Assembly (NCBI GenBank): GCA_049724395.1
Contig: JAUGWO010000030.1
Span: 1 to 64,000, forward strand
Length of the DNA stretch: 64,000 nucleotides
From: Spongospora subterranea f. sp. subterranea
Lineage: Eukaryota
Reading direction: 5' to 3'
A program made the translations under genes and the position numbers. The stretch's first letter is position 1; each line of letters starts with the position of its first letter. This document shows, piece after piece, positions 37,143 through 51,321 of the stretch. Under the pieces are notes generated by a model. The model saw only the letters and a list, made by a program, of their open reading frames with translations. It ran no database searches and had not been told where the DNA came from.

Positions 37143-38778
37143 TTACGTCCATTCACATCTCCAACGTTCGTCAGTAAGATGAATTTCCTCTAATGTCCAT
37201 TGCTTCTCTTTTAACGATTGGATAAACAAATGAAACGCCTCCTCGGTTTGGGTCTGCAGCTGAGCGTGTTTTGTCCCGATCGATATTACGAAATGACTTT
37301 CGAAGTATGCCTGCAGCACGTGCAATGGTGTTGCAAAACGATGAATCAGCACTTGAGCAGACTGATCCGGTTGTAAACTAATAAGGTATGGTGGTGCTTG
37401 ATGATGCCCAGCTAACTGTTCCGATAACCATTCGTAAGATGATTGACCGGTCCTGAGTAGAATGCATCCGTAATTGAAAATATATTTTATCAACATGCGA
37501 TATCACTTACACAATAGAATGCAACGGCACTCCTAGCTTGATAGCTGGCTCTGTGTTCCACCCCCAAACTGATTCTTTTGAAGCGACTTGGCCAGGGGTC
37601 AGAACTTTGTTGAATCGTGCGAAATGTCGGATCAAGATTGACGCGCGTTGATCATTTAAGGTTGATAGACAAAGTGACGTGACGGCGATGTAGTTGGCGA
37701 CAATATGAAGTAACGTCAACGCGATGAATACCATCCATCTACTGATTTGTGATTGAAGAAAGAGCGACAATCCTGATCCTAGAGCGAGTCCCAGTAGCGA
37801 CACGATAGTCTCCTGTGTTCCCTCCTTCGAGTAAATATCCGATATCAGAGCGCTGTTGCCTCTCTGTTTCACGAAGTGCTGGGTTATGGACGCCTTACTG
37901 GCCCCCGCTGCCACACCGCATACGGCAGAACAAATCGCGCCAAGACATGCCACAAGAAGAAACAGGTCGCCTGCTAACGGTGCTGCCATTGTTAATGTCA
38001 GCCCGACATCGTTCATACAACTATCAGACACAGCATGAGTAAAAAATCGGTGATATCAAAAGTAAAAGGTTTTATACTAACTCTGCAAAGAGACGCCATC
38101 GCTTGGGATTTGCACCAATATCGGATGACGTGCGGAAGGCGAATAAAACACCTCCCAACATGGACATGCCGGCTGTAGAATAGAATTTGCCCATGAAAGA
38201 TTGGGGATTCCAAGACGAACTGCTTACACAATAACGTCCACGATAATGCCGCTGATGTGACACTAGCTGATGCATTGCCGACACCGAAACCCGTCATCAA
38301 TGATTGCTGGCCTACGTAACTGTTCAGAGACCGAACAAGGAACGGTGCCGATTCTCATTCATCAACAGACTGACAGAGAATGCCACGAAGATATGATGAT
38401 AGACCTTGAACGGTGTCCCAAATTTGGAAAACGGTGTAATCAGGGCTAACACTGTTGGGATATCCACGAGGAAGAATTAATGATAAAAACCCCTGTAAAA
38501 ACACATAGAAATTACGTGGGAAAATTCTATGGACAGCACTACTGGCCGGCAAAGATTTCAACGCAAATCAAAAAAACATTTCTACCGAAGAACAAAATCT
38601 GAGAAACTGCATATTTTACCTGCAGTACTGACTGAGGCTTCATTCTCAATGGCTCTCCGACAGTAAAGCTATGCGATTGTTTCCACAGCCCCTCTCCGTA
38701 CGTCTCCCGCAACCGAACCCGCTGGGGAACGGGCCGTTCCGGTTTACTGCTGCGCCTCAAACCGGCCCTCGACTTCAT
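37143..38778 (-). CDS. RUS1 / root-UVB-sensitive family (DUF647) protein
   Basis: LPRGYPNSVSPDY..FQIWDTVQGLSSYLRG, GFGVG, PKRWRLFAE, GASKASITQHF..SKEGTQETIVSLLG, LSTLNDQR. Confidence 0.9.
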
Positions 38779-39102
38779 GATTTCGGGTCTGGTGTTGGGG
38801 TCGGCGGGGGGTTCGAAATCATTGACTGCACATTATCACGTGGCCGATTTCGGTTACGTTGGCAGTCGGCAAAGGGTGTGTATCGTTTTTATTCGATACA
38901 TGGGCGATACGTAGTAGTAGGGGTCCCGCCATTTTCAACTCATGTCGCCAGGCTGCGCCAGAACCCTTCACAAATCTAATCGGCCGGGGAGGTTAAGCTT
39001 GGCTTTGCTGCTGTTGGTCGAGCTACGAACAGGGGCAGTACGACGGTGCGCGATCGGCTGTGTCGCGCGCTTGGGGTCACGCTTGGGGGCAACTGCCTGA
39101 AA

Positions 39103-39864
39103 ATGGAGGGAGAACGCATCAAGAGTATAATATAGGAGTACGCGAGATTCGCTTGTTGTATTGGATTATCCGTTTTAAGACTCTTCAAGAAAATCCATTT
39201 TCAGAGTGTATTCACAGCCATGATCACCTCGATCTCGTAGACGTCGTTGATCAATCACTGCATGCGACTCTAGAATTATTGGTGTCGCTTTTGACGTGGT
39301 AATTGCATCCACCGGTACATCAAGTCGCACATGCTTGATGAAGCGTCCAACTTTGAAGTTGTTAACTTGACTCCAACATCATCGAACCTCTTTGAAGTAC
39401 CCTCAACACGCCGGGTACAACAACTCAAGCATAACGGTTTATGCTGGAACCGATACATCTTTGTCGTTATCCCGGCCGGAACCGCTTCCTTTTTTTAGAA
39501 AGTTTCAAACAATTATAGTTTGACGTTCAGTTGATCTGGGCGATCTCCCTGCGGAAGAATTCTCTACAAACCGGCTGAAATGTGGAGGGCCAGTCGTCGT
39601 TGTCTCGAGAAAACCAAAATCTCCATTGCGGCTGTTTGCACCTATAATACATCTGACGGTTTACGACGCTTAGATCATGAAATGCCAGGAACGGCCTGCG
39701 TTGATCCATTCGATGCGATCCAGATCCAGGACCCGAACGGGTATCAAAGATGGGCGGATTTGGCACATGGCGCGGAATTCACAGTGTTTAGAGGTCGCTT
39801 CTGGTTAAACGAGGGCACATCAGCACTAATCGTTTTCGGAAAACGTTGTCGTATCAACTTCTAG
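39103..39864 (+). CDS. Possible hypothetical multi-exon gene
   Basis: Short ORF segments with plausible splice sites, divergent from RUS1. No family recognised. Confidence 0.25.
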
Positions 39865-40373
39865 TAAAACTGAGATTTGAGATAATGGGCTTTGCAATAA
39901 TGCTCGTCGTTTCTGTCACCAACCAAATTGTTTCAGTCCAACAAGGCCGTTCAAAAAACCTACTGCCGGTTCTGAGCAATTGCCGCAGATTACCTCGTTG
40001 ACCCAAGTGTCATCTCCCGGATTGGAATCTCGATATTTACGGGAGCGGTGGAGACGGCGCGCACGAGATCAGGGTTTGGGGGGGGGGGTGAGGAGGAGGA
40101 TGGATCGTTGGACGAGATATTATGGGTGAACCCAGGCAATCCTTGGATTCCATTGGGGTATCTAAAACCCTCATCGACTGGGACACTGACCAAAGGCGAT
40201 TGGCTAGCTGTCTCTGCCCGTTAGGCTGAACGGCATCCGACGGCTGCCCGGCGACCATCATAACTTCCCCCACAACCGCATACGCGACACCATATGCCGA
40301 CGGCTCAACCGTCGTTGGAATAAGACCACGTTCGCCGCCGTCCATCCGCGCCTGGTCCACCGGTGTCGCCTCC

Positions 40374-41651
40374 ATGGTTGGATTATGTGGAATACCGTGT
40401 CTGGCGACAGATTGGATGAAGGAGCAAGCCGTGTCGAAAGAGATTGAGGTGGCGGCTGCCAAGGAGATCGCGGCGATGTCGGAGATCAAGAAGCTGCTGT
40501 TGCTAGGGGCCGGGGAATCCGGCAAGAGCACGTTATTCAAGTGAGTTGATTGCCAACACCGCCAACAGCCATCAACCGGTCCTGATGCGGCTTGTGCAGG
40601 CAAATGATCAAACTATACGGGGCTGGATATTCGCAGGAAGAGCGACAGAAGTTCGACCACATCATATTCGCGAACGTGATCTCGGCGATCCAGGCGCTGG
40701 TTCGGAACACGGAGCGGCTGAAGGTGAAATACCCCCATCTCGATACTCAGATTAAGGTGCAGAATCGGGACCACGCCCACGCCGTCATGGTGCTCAAGGC
40801 CGACAGCGTCCTGACCGCCGAGATCGGCGAGCACATCAAGCAGCTGTGGAACGATCCCGGCATCCGATGCACGTTCGTCAACAGGAGCAAGTTCCAGCTC
40901 ACCGACAACTCGAACTGGTTCTTCGACAGGATCGACGAAGTGTGCAAGGCGGGCTATTGCCCATCCGAAGCCGATATACTCAGGTCGAGGGTTAGGACGA
41001 CCGGGATCGTCGAGACCGAATTCGAGCTCGAGAACAGCAAGTTTCAGATGTTCGATGTCGGAGGGCAACGAAACGAACGCAAGAAATGGAGTGAGTTTGG
41101 GCGTCGTTCGTCGCTTTTGTTGCTGATTCTGGTTCTGGCCTCCAGTTCATTGTTTCGACAGCGTGACCGCCGTAATATTTGTGGCGGCGATGAGCGATTA
41201 CGATCAGGTCCTGTACGAGGACGGCACCACGAACCGGATGCACGAGGCGCTGACCCTGTTCACCGATATCGTGAACTCCGAGTGGTTCCAGTCGACCCCG
41301 GTGATCCTGTTCCTGAACAAGAGCGACCTGTTCGCCGAGAAGATCAAGCTCGTCCACATCAACGTCTGTTTCCCTCAGTATTTTGGCCAGCAAGAGTTCG
41401 AGCCTTGCGCCCAATATATCAAACAGGCATTCGAGGTGATGATTGGCTGTTTCGGTGGTTCCCCGCCAAACTGACTCGTTTTCTGTTTTGTGTTGGCGCG
41501 ATTGATTGTTCAGTCCCGAAATATGAACGCCAACAAACCGGTCTATACACACATCACATGTGCGACAGATAGCGAGAACGTCAACCACGTGTTTACAGCT
41601 GTGAAGGATATCGTCATTCGGAGATCGCTAAGCGATATTGGTCTACTATGA
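40374..41651 (+). CDS. Heterotrimeric G-protein alpha subunit (4 exons)
   Basis: LLLLGAGESGKST, RVRTTGI, DVGGQRNERKKW, FLNKSD, TCATD, C-terminal DIGLL. Confidence 0.96.
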
Positions 41652-41974
41652 GAGACATAGCTTATTCATCCTGTTTTTGATGTTTAATTGCAAACATCCA
41701 AAAAAAAAACAAATACAAAATAGTACATTTACTTGGACAAATATCATTTTGAAGACGTTTTTAGCGGGCTGTTACCAGAGAATCAGTTCATAACTAGTTT
41801 CGAGCTCTTCTCAACTCAAAACAAACATTTTTATACCTGGTAGCGTTGTTTTATATGGAGATATATGGTCTGAAGCGCTAATATCAATATGATCACGGAG
41901 TCCGTGACGCATTGTCCACCCTCTGCGTCAGCATATCGCCATCCCGAGGGCTATCACAGGCTAGCGTACCGACC

Positions 41975-42691
41975 ATGAAGCTGAATATCTCGTACCCGGC
42001 AACGGGCCTGCAGAAATGCATCACGATCGAGGACGACAATAAGCTGGTCGCCCTGTACGATAAGCGCATGTCCCACGAGGTCAACGGCGGGGACCTCGGC
42101 GAGGAATTCTCCGGATACGTCTTCCGGATTATGGGCGGAAACGATAAGCAAGGGTTCCCAATGAAGCAGGGTGTTTTGACCAACGGTCGTGTTCGTCTTT
42201 TGCTTAAGAAGGGCAGCTCTTGCTACAGGCCCCGTACTAAGGGTGAGCAGAAGCGCAAATCCGTTCGCGGATGCATTGTCGGCTCCGATCTTTCCGTCAT
42301 CCACCTGGTCGTGACCAAGAAGGGCGACAATGAAATCGAGGGTCTCACCGATTCCATCAAACCTCGTCGTCTTGGACCTAAACGTGCCACCCGTATCCGT
42401 AAATTGTTCAACTTGGACAAGGAGGACGATGTTCGCTCATACGTCATCAAGCGCAAGATCGTGAAGGGCGACAAAACCTTCACCAAGGCGCCCAAGATTC
42501 AGCGTCTGGTGACCCCTCAGCGCCTGCAGCGCAAACGCCGCTGGGTCGCCGAACAGCGCCAGCGTATCGAAAAGAGCAAGGCGACCGCCGAGGAATACAA
42601 TACCCTGGTCAACCTGCGCCTCAAGGAGGAGAAGGACCGTAAAGCCCAGAGAAAGGCCAGCCGTAAAACATCCCGTATCTCGAACCAGTAG
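41975..42691 (+). CDS. RPS6: 40S ribosomal protein S6 (eS6), intronless
   Basis: [57 protein letters not shown]. Confidence 0.98.
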   Translation: MKLNISYPATGLQKCITIEDDNKLVALYDKRMSHEVNGGDLGEEFSGYVFRIMGGNDKQGFPMKQGVLTNGRVRLLLKKGSSCYRPRTKGEQKRKSVRGCIVGSDLSVIHLVVTKKGDNEIEGLTDSIKPRRLGPKRATRIRKLFNLDKEDDVRSYVIKRKIVKGDKTFTKAPKIQRLVTPQRLQRKRRWVAEQRQRIEKSKATAEEYNTLVNLRLKEEKDRKAQRKASRKTSRISNQ

Positions 42692-42859
42692 ACACCACAA
42701 TTGGCTCAAAAAGCCATGGACCTGACTCAATACAACGATATAGTTCCATGAAATTTCTCCAGTCTTTGGTTTGGCTTGGATGTTTGTTGAACATCCCCTA
42801 CGATATTTTGGGTGATTTTCATTTGAATATTGTTTAACTCGATAGCTTTATTAGAAAGA

Positions 42860-43942
42860 TCACATCAGAGTCCCGGTTGTGCGGAAATGATCTTCATCAC
42901 AGGTGGAATAGAGATGCCCTTCCTCAGCCATCCAAACCAGATCCCTCTTGACCTCGTCATGCGTGAATGAATGGCCGACCAGGCTATTGACTGCAGCGAC
43001 GGATAATCCATTCTCTTCAACGTGGTTCGTCCGGAATACATCCATGATAGCGCTTTGCAGTTTCGTCAATCCCGCTATATTCGCTGATGAACCGGATCCG
43101 ATAGGATCCGATTTCGCTGATTGATGCGAAGGAGGTCCTCTAACATTTGCTAAATGTGTCACTGCGCAGAGTGCTTTTTTGCAAAAAATCATCAGCGAAC
43201 GATTTGAGTGATGAACTGAGTCAATACCTAAATGACTAGCAATCTCGTTATAGTCTCGCAGAGGCCTCAAACAGAATCCACTTATAGTTTTGGTGCTATG
43301 AAATTCTTGGACCTTTCCAAACACCCTAACGTAGACTCCAGCAACAAGCTCCTGTCGCTGGCGCTGTTGATCGACGCTATCGTCTTCAGCCTCTCCTTGC
43401 CAAATTTTCACGTCAATCAGCCCAGTACTATCATCGATTGTGTAAGCGGATATTTGTGCTCTGAACCTGAACGGGAAAAACTGGATTGACATCGACGGCA
43501 TAAAAAATGAAAATACGATGCTTTACTTGAACATTCAGAATACACCCAACAATCTTGACTTGGTTTAGTTCACGATTGTCGACCAAGAATTTGGCTTAGC
43601 GGGAAAACGTCAATAAACACCATACAGATAATGGGCAAATATTACAATCATTGATCGGCGACGGCTGCGCATTATGTATTTGCTTGATTGTAAGGGCGGT
43701 CAGCGTTCGTTCGTTATTCGCCGGACGCCCGGCTTGGTTGTCCTGGGATAGCTTCGGGGCGCCACCACCCGAGGGGGACGTGAAGAACCCGCCGCCCCCG
43801 AACGACGACGCGTTGTCGTATTGGCCCCCGCCGCCCTGCGCAGTCGAAACACATTCAGGTTGGGCGGATCGGTTCCGAGCCAGGCCGCGGCCAACGGCGC
43901 GAATCACAAGACGACCTTATAGGGCGACGAATACGGTCCCAT
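42860..43942 (-). CDS. RPA2: Replication protein A 32-kDa subunit
   Basis: Gly-rich N-terminus GGGGF, LTIKQI, OB fold YTIDDSTGLIDVKIW..YVRVFG..DYNEI..H, winged helix EGHLYSTCDEDHF. Confidence 0.92.
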
Positions 43943-44023
43943 TGGCGCGCCCCCATAACCCTGCATTGCTAGACGCGGCGCCCCCACCACCGATCACCAA
44001 CAAATCAAACTGCGCATTGCTAC

Positions 44024-44127
44024 GCACCCGCTGGCACATCAGGGGCTGAGATACAGCACCCGCTGACTGCCCCTGGCTGAGAGAGATAGCACCCGCTGGC
44101 TGAAATAGCACACCCTGGATGAGACAG
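44024..44127. promoter_or_regulatory. Short periodic repeat in divergent RPA2 / H+-ATPase intergenic region
   Basis: GCACCCGCTG at 44024, 44056 and 44089, interleaved with GGCTGA(G/A)A. A regulatory role is inferred from position only. Confidence 0.35.
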
Positions 44128-44539
44128 GACTGCAATAACGGCCCCATCATTGACTCACCATTGCGAACTGGTCGGGTGGAACCGCTCGCCGATTCTCTCA
44201 ACCCGATTATTCTGCTGTCGATGCTGTTTACTGTTCGTTGTCGGCAGCGGCCTAATAAAAAAAAAACACCCAGCGGTGCGTTCAGCCCCGTCGCACCCGA
44301 CCGGCGTTCGACATGGTTTTCAGCGTTGGGTGGATGGAGTAGGCACATCTTGATACTGAGGGATATTACCGCAGGGAATACTCTATGTGTGACGAGTGCA
44401 GCGATCTGCAGTCGACAGACAGTGGTGTTGGTCACTGGTGTATCATCATCTCCTTAACTGGACTGAGAGAAACGAGACAGTTTAATATCGCAGAACGAAA
44501 TCGAGCTCGCCTTTTGACGATCTGTGAACGCGGGTGACC

Positions 44540-47500
44540 ATGGCCGACGACCAAGGTCGGGGCGACGATGTCGTCATCTATAAACTCAACCACAAGTCGA
44601 GCAAGTTCGACTTGATGGAGGAGCCGATCTCGGAACCTGCCGTACCCGAGGCAATGACCAGAACGGAGGTCGAAGATGAGCACGCGGTCCTCAACAGGGT
44701 GAAGACTCTGGAACTTCATGAAATTCATGAGACCTTTCACTCAGCACGGAATGAAAAGCATCGTTTATCGTCACCTTCGATATTCGCCGAAGTACATTCA
44801 ATTTTAGATTCTTGTATTGTTATTGATCAGGATTTTTAGCAAATCAAATATTCCTCCGGGATTTCATCTCTCGAAGCTAAGCGGCTTCTAGAGGAATATG
44901 GGCGAAACGAGCTCAAAGAGAACGTTAAACCAAAATGGAAGCTTTTTCTTGAACAATTCACTGCCCCAATGCCTTTGGGCATTTGGCTGGCTATCATCAT
45001 TGAAGCGTGTCTCGAAAGCTGGCTCGATGCCGGCGTCCTACTCTGTCTGCAAATGATAAACGGGATCGTTGGATTTACTGAGGCAAACAAAGCCGGGAAA
45101 CGCAGTTGCCGCTTTGAAAGCAACATTAAAACCCGGTAAGCCTGTCAATGGTGAGCTTGGCAACGAATAATTTGCTGCTTCGTGTTCTAGCCGCCCAAGT
45201 CAAACGAGATTCACAGTGGCAAACGATTGATGCAGCTCTGCTTGTTCCAGGAGACTGTGTTACCTTGTCAAGTGGGTCCGCAGTTCCAGCAGATTGCATC
45301 GTCAACGAAGGCACCATCAGTGTTGATCAATCTGCGCTGACGGGTATTGGTTTGAAATCGTCTCGGACGTGCCTTTCTGAATACGGTTTGAAACAGGAGA
45401 ATCATTGCCAGTTAGGATCACCAAAGGAATGCAAGCTCAAATGGGATCAACGGTGGCACGTGGTGAAGTTGAGGCTACAGTTGTTGCAACAGGAATGTCT
45501 ACGTTCTACGGCAAGACAGCTGCTCTTCTTCAGATCGGCGGAGACGAGCTAGGAGAGTTGCAAAAATTGTTGTTGCGGGTAGTCGTCACCCTGTTAGCCC
45601 TGTCCGTTCTCCTTTGCGGTACAACTCTGGCGTATCTTCTCCTTGAGGGGGAACCTTTCCAGAGTTCAGTCGGGTAGGAAGTAGATCGCTCGATTGCTGA
45701 GTTCATCAAATCATAACAGGTTTGTTGTTGTATTGATGGTTGCATCCATTCCAATTGCAATGGAAGTCGTTGTGACTGCCACACTTGCTCTTGGAAGTCG
45801 TGAGCTCGCATCGCATCAAGTCAGTGATTAATGTTGGTTGACGCGATCGGCCCTAATTCTGGTGCAGGCGATTGTTGCACATTTGTCTGCCATTGAGCGC
45901 CTTTCAGGAATGGATGTACTTTGCTCCGACAAAACTGGAACTTTGACTCTAAACAAGATGATGATTCAGCAAGAATGCCCAGTTTTCAGTGCAAACACTA
46001 CTCGAGACAATGTTCTATTCAGTGCAGCTTTGGCAACTAAATGGAATGAGCCAGCTAAAGACGCTCTAGATACGATGGTATGATTTGCCGAAGTCTCTTT
46101 TTGCCCCTAACCGTTCATTTTATTTTAAGATCCTTGGCGCTGCAAATATTGAAGATTGCAAAAAATACCAACAGATAAATTATATTCCATTTGATGCGTC
46201 TATTAAGAGGACCGAGTCTACCGTAATTGACCCAGAAGGTAATTTGAACTTGTCTGAAAAGTCCCATCTTTTACGTGATGTTTTCAGGAAATACTTTTCG
46301 CGTGACCAAAGGTGCTCCGCACGAGCTTCTTGAGCTCTGTCACAATAAAGCGAGTATAGAGGTAAACTGACCGGTTAATTCTGAATATATATGTAATGTC
46401 CCTGAGTTCATAGAAAGCCGTTGAGATGGGAGTCATTGATTTGGCAAGTCGAGGTGTTCGAAGCTTAGCGGTTGCCAAAACGGTCGCAGGCGACAAGTGG
46501 GAGATGCTGGGGCTCCTGGCATTTCTTGATCCACCAAGGTGACTTCTGTCAGCTTTGTTCTGTGATCACGTGCTCATTCAGTTTTCACAGACCGGATTCT
46601 AAAGCTACAATAAAGAAAGCAAAAGAGTTCGGTGTCGTAGTGAAAATGATTACCGGGGACCATCAACTGGTCGCTGTTGAAACGGCAAAGGCAATACAGC
46701 TTAGTTCAATTGAAAACGAAGCATTGAGCATTGCTTCTAGGCGATGGAGCTTGGCAACGCCCAAATCGTACAGTGCATAAATGGTGTATTGCCAACAATC
46801 GATCTCCAGGGCGAAAAGTTAAAAGTTCCGCTCACTCTCGGGGACGATTACGCCGAGTTCATTATGTATGCTCGTTGTTTGTCTGGCCCATCGTCACTTT
46901 CCTAATGTTGTCATTTTAAGGTCCAAAGATGGTTTCTCACAAGCTCTTCCAGAGCATAAATATATTATTGTCGAAGCGCTGAAGCAACATGGTTATATTT
47001 GCGGAATGACGGGTGACGGTGTGAATGACGCCCCTGCCCTTAAAGTAGCAAGCGTCGGAATTGTTAGTACTCGACTATATTACAATTGCGCTGCAATAAT
47101 TTAGAACACCTGCCAGGCTGTTCAAGGGGCTACTGATGCAGCCCGAGCTGCAGCACATATCGTGTTAACAGCTCCGGGACTAAACGCCGTTATTGAAGTA
47201 AGCGGATTGGTGTTGCAGCATGAAATGCACTCATGATAGAACTTCTGCAGGCCATTATTATTTCACGAAGGATATTTGTCCGCATGCACTCCTTTCTTGT
47301 ATACAGAGTTGCAGCGACGTTCCAATTGCTGGTGTTTTTCTTTGTTGCGGTTTTAGCGATTCATCCACATGGGTACAACGCTAGCTTTCCTAAATTCTGG
47401 TCTATGCCCGTGATTGCATTGATTGTTATAACCGTCTTAAACGATGGCACAATTGTATTGTGAAATTCTGCATCTGTATTACTGTTCTTTGATCACTTGA

Positions 47501-48223
47501 AGCCAGGTCAGCATTGCTTACGATAACGTGACGGCTCCGAAGACTCCTCAATCCTGGGACATGAGAAAACTCTGGACGCTCTCAACAGCATTGGGTTCTG
47601 TGGCGTGCCTTTCATCCCTTCTTCTTTTGCACTTGGCGTTAGACTCAAATGTGTAAGTTGCCCGTCTACGATATTCGATTGACCAACATTGACTTCTGTA
47701 TGTTGACGTAGTCCAAATTCAGTATACTCCTGGTTTGGGTTATCAGCCTTATCTTATGATCAAGTAATCACGTCTATTTACCGTAAGTACGCTTGAGAAC
47801 ATTGCGGAGTCATCATTGAGTTTTGTGAGAAGTCAAGGTTAGCTTATCGGATTTCTTAACCATTTTCGCAGCGCGAACTGGAACCCATCCATGCTTTTCC
47901 ACATCGCCAAGGTATATATTCTCTGTGAAAGCATAGTAGAGTGTGAGATTTATTTTTTTGAATATAGTCGCGTGTTATTTGGAGCTGCTCTGTTCGCAGT
48001 TTCATGTTCAACGATCTTATCATTGTTTTGGCCATTTGATCAAGGCGAAGCTCTTACATGGGATAGTGCCTTATTCGTCTGGATCTATTGTTTAATCTGG
48101 TTTGTGATTCAAGATGCATTTAAATTTTTTCTATTCAAAATAACTGGGGACGGACGGTGTTCGAGAAAAGTCGAACCTCAAGCAAAAGCCCTACAGAACA
48201 TTGTTGTTCAACCGGTACAGTAA
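44540..48223 (+). CDS. P3A plasma-membrane H+-ATPase with canonical motifs, intron-rich (one apparent +1 frameshift at 45095-45100)
   Basis: [54 protein letters not shown]. Confidence 0.92.
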
Positions 48224-48302
48224 TACAAAGAAATATTGAAACTCAATCAAAGGGTATTAAAGAGATGGAATTTATAGTAATTGACAAAAGTCCAGATTAT
48301 GT

Positions 48303-50025
<1,723 letters not shown>

Positions 50026-51321
50026 TATCGCCAACGATATTCAATTTGAAGTCACCGCTAGGACGACGATGGCGTTACAGCGAATGTGAAAAAAACAGAT
50101 AGCGCCCTATCTCCACTATTGCTTGTTAGCGGATTCAGTCGGACTACGGACTTCGGCTCATAACACATAGTCGCAATTGGTCATATTGCTCTGCCAAAGG
50201 TTTTAATCTCTCTCTCTTTCGCGCTCTGTCCCATTCTAACTGCGATTGCCATTTGTTTATCGCTCGTGATGGTGAATATTTTGATAATAAACCAGAAATT
50301 TTGCTTTCGTGGGCGCTCAAAACAGTTTGGTTTAGTAAAATGTTGAGAGATATGGATAGCGACGCGGGTTTTGTTTGATTCACGGTGAGATGTCACAAAG
50401 GTGTTGGGTTGCATGTGTTGTACAGGCAAGCGTGACCGGAGTTGCCAAGGATCGCAGTTTGGGTGACGAGTGACGACGCATTGCCCACACGTGGCAGTGA
50501 CGCGTCCCGACGGGTTTCCGCGTCAAGAGCAATGCCATCCTGTCTGACCAATCAAGGTTACACCATTCGTTTCACGGGGCGGCTCATTCACACTAATGTT
50601 TCCCTTCAACTCACGAGGTCATTCCCGCTCTGAACGCGCGTCTGTCTGTATCGCTCGCTTGCTGGATGTCCATTCCTCAATGGCGCTCTCTCAGACAGCA
50701 TCAACTTACGGGCCGCCGTCAGCCCCATTTGTCGCTACCATCTGGTCCTCGACTTTTTTTTTCCAAGGAGCTTACCCACATGTTGATGCAGAGCGAACAC
50801 CGACCCGATGGACGTATATTGGGATGGGCGGTATAGTGCCCTGTCGCGCCATTTGGGTGGTTGTATGTGCATCGATGAGGTTTGGTGCTGAAAATAGACC
50901 GTGCGAGTCACTGACCAGTGGGATAATCCCCGGAGCCCTCACTGGGACTGATTGACGTCAACAGTCCGCATATCGCAGGTCTTGCCAGTGACGGGATTGG
51001 GAATGACATATTTTATATGAGCGGGGTATCCCTATAGACCGTAACGGTGTTTAGATTGGGATTCCCGCCACTGTCATCCAGGACTTGATTAGAATATAAA
51101 CCGCCTGTGATTCGGCCGATACATGACATGCCAGATCGAGCCCTGCAAGGCCGATCCCGACCTGACCTTGAAACCGTTCGGTTGGGCGACGTTCCGTTGC
51201 CATCTGCTCCGCGGATTACTGACCACGCTGTGCAACTATAGACGGAGTGGAATGTGAGGGCGGTACATCCAAAGGAAAGGACACAGTGGGCGATGTGGAA
51301 TCTCAAGTTTTTACACTGCAG

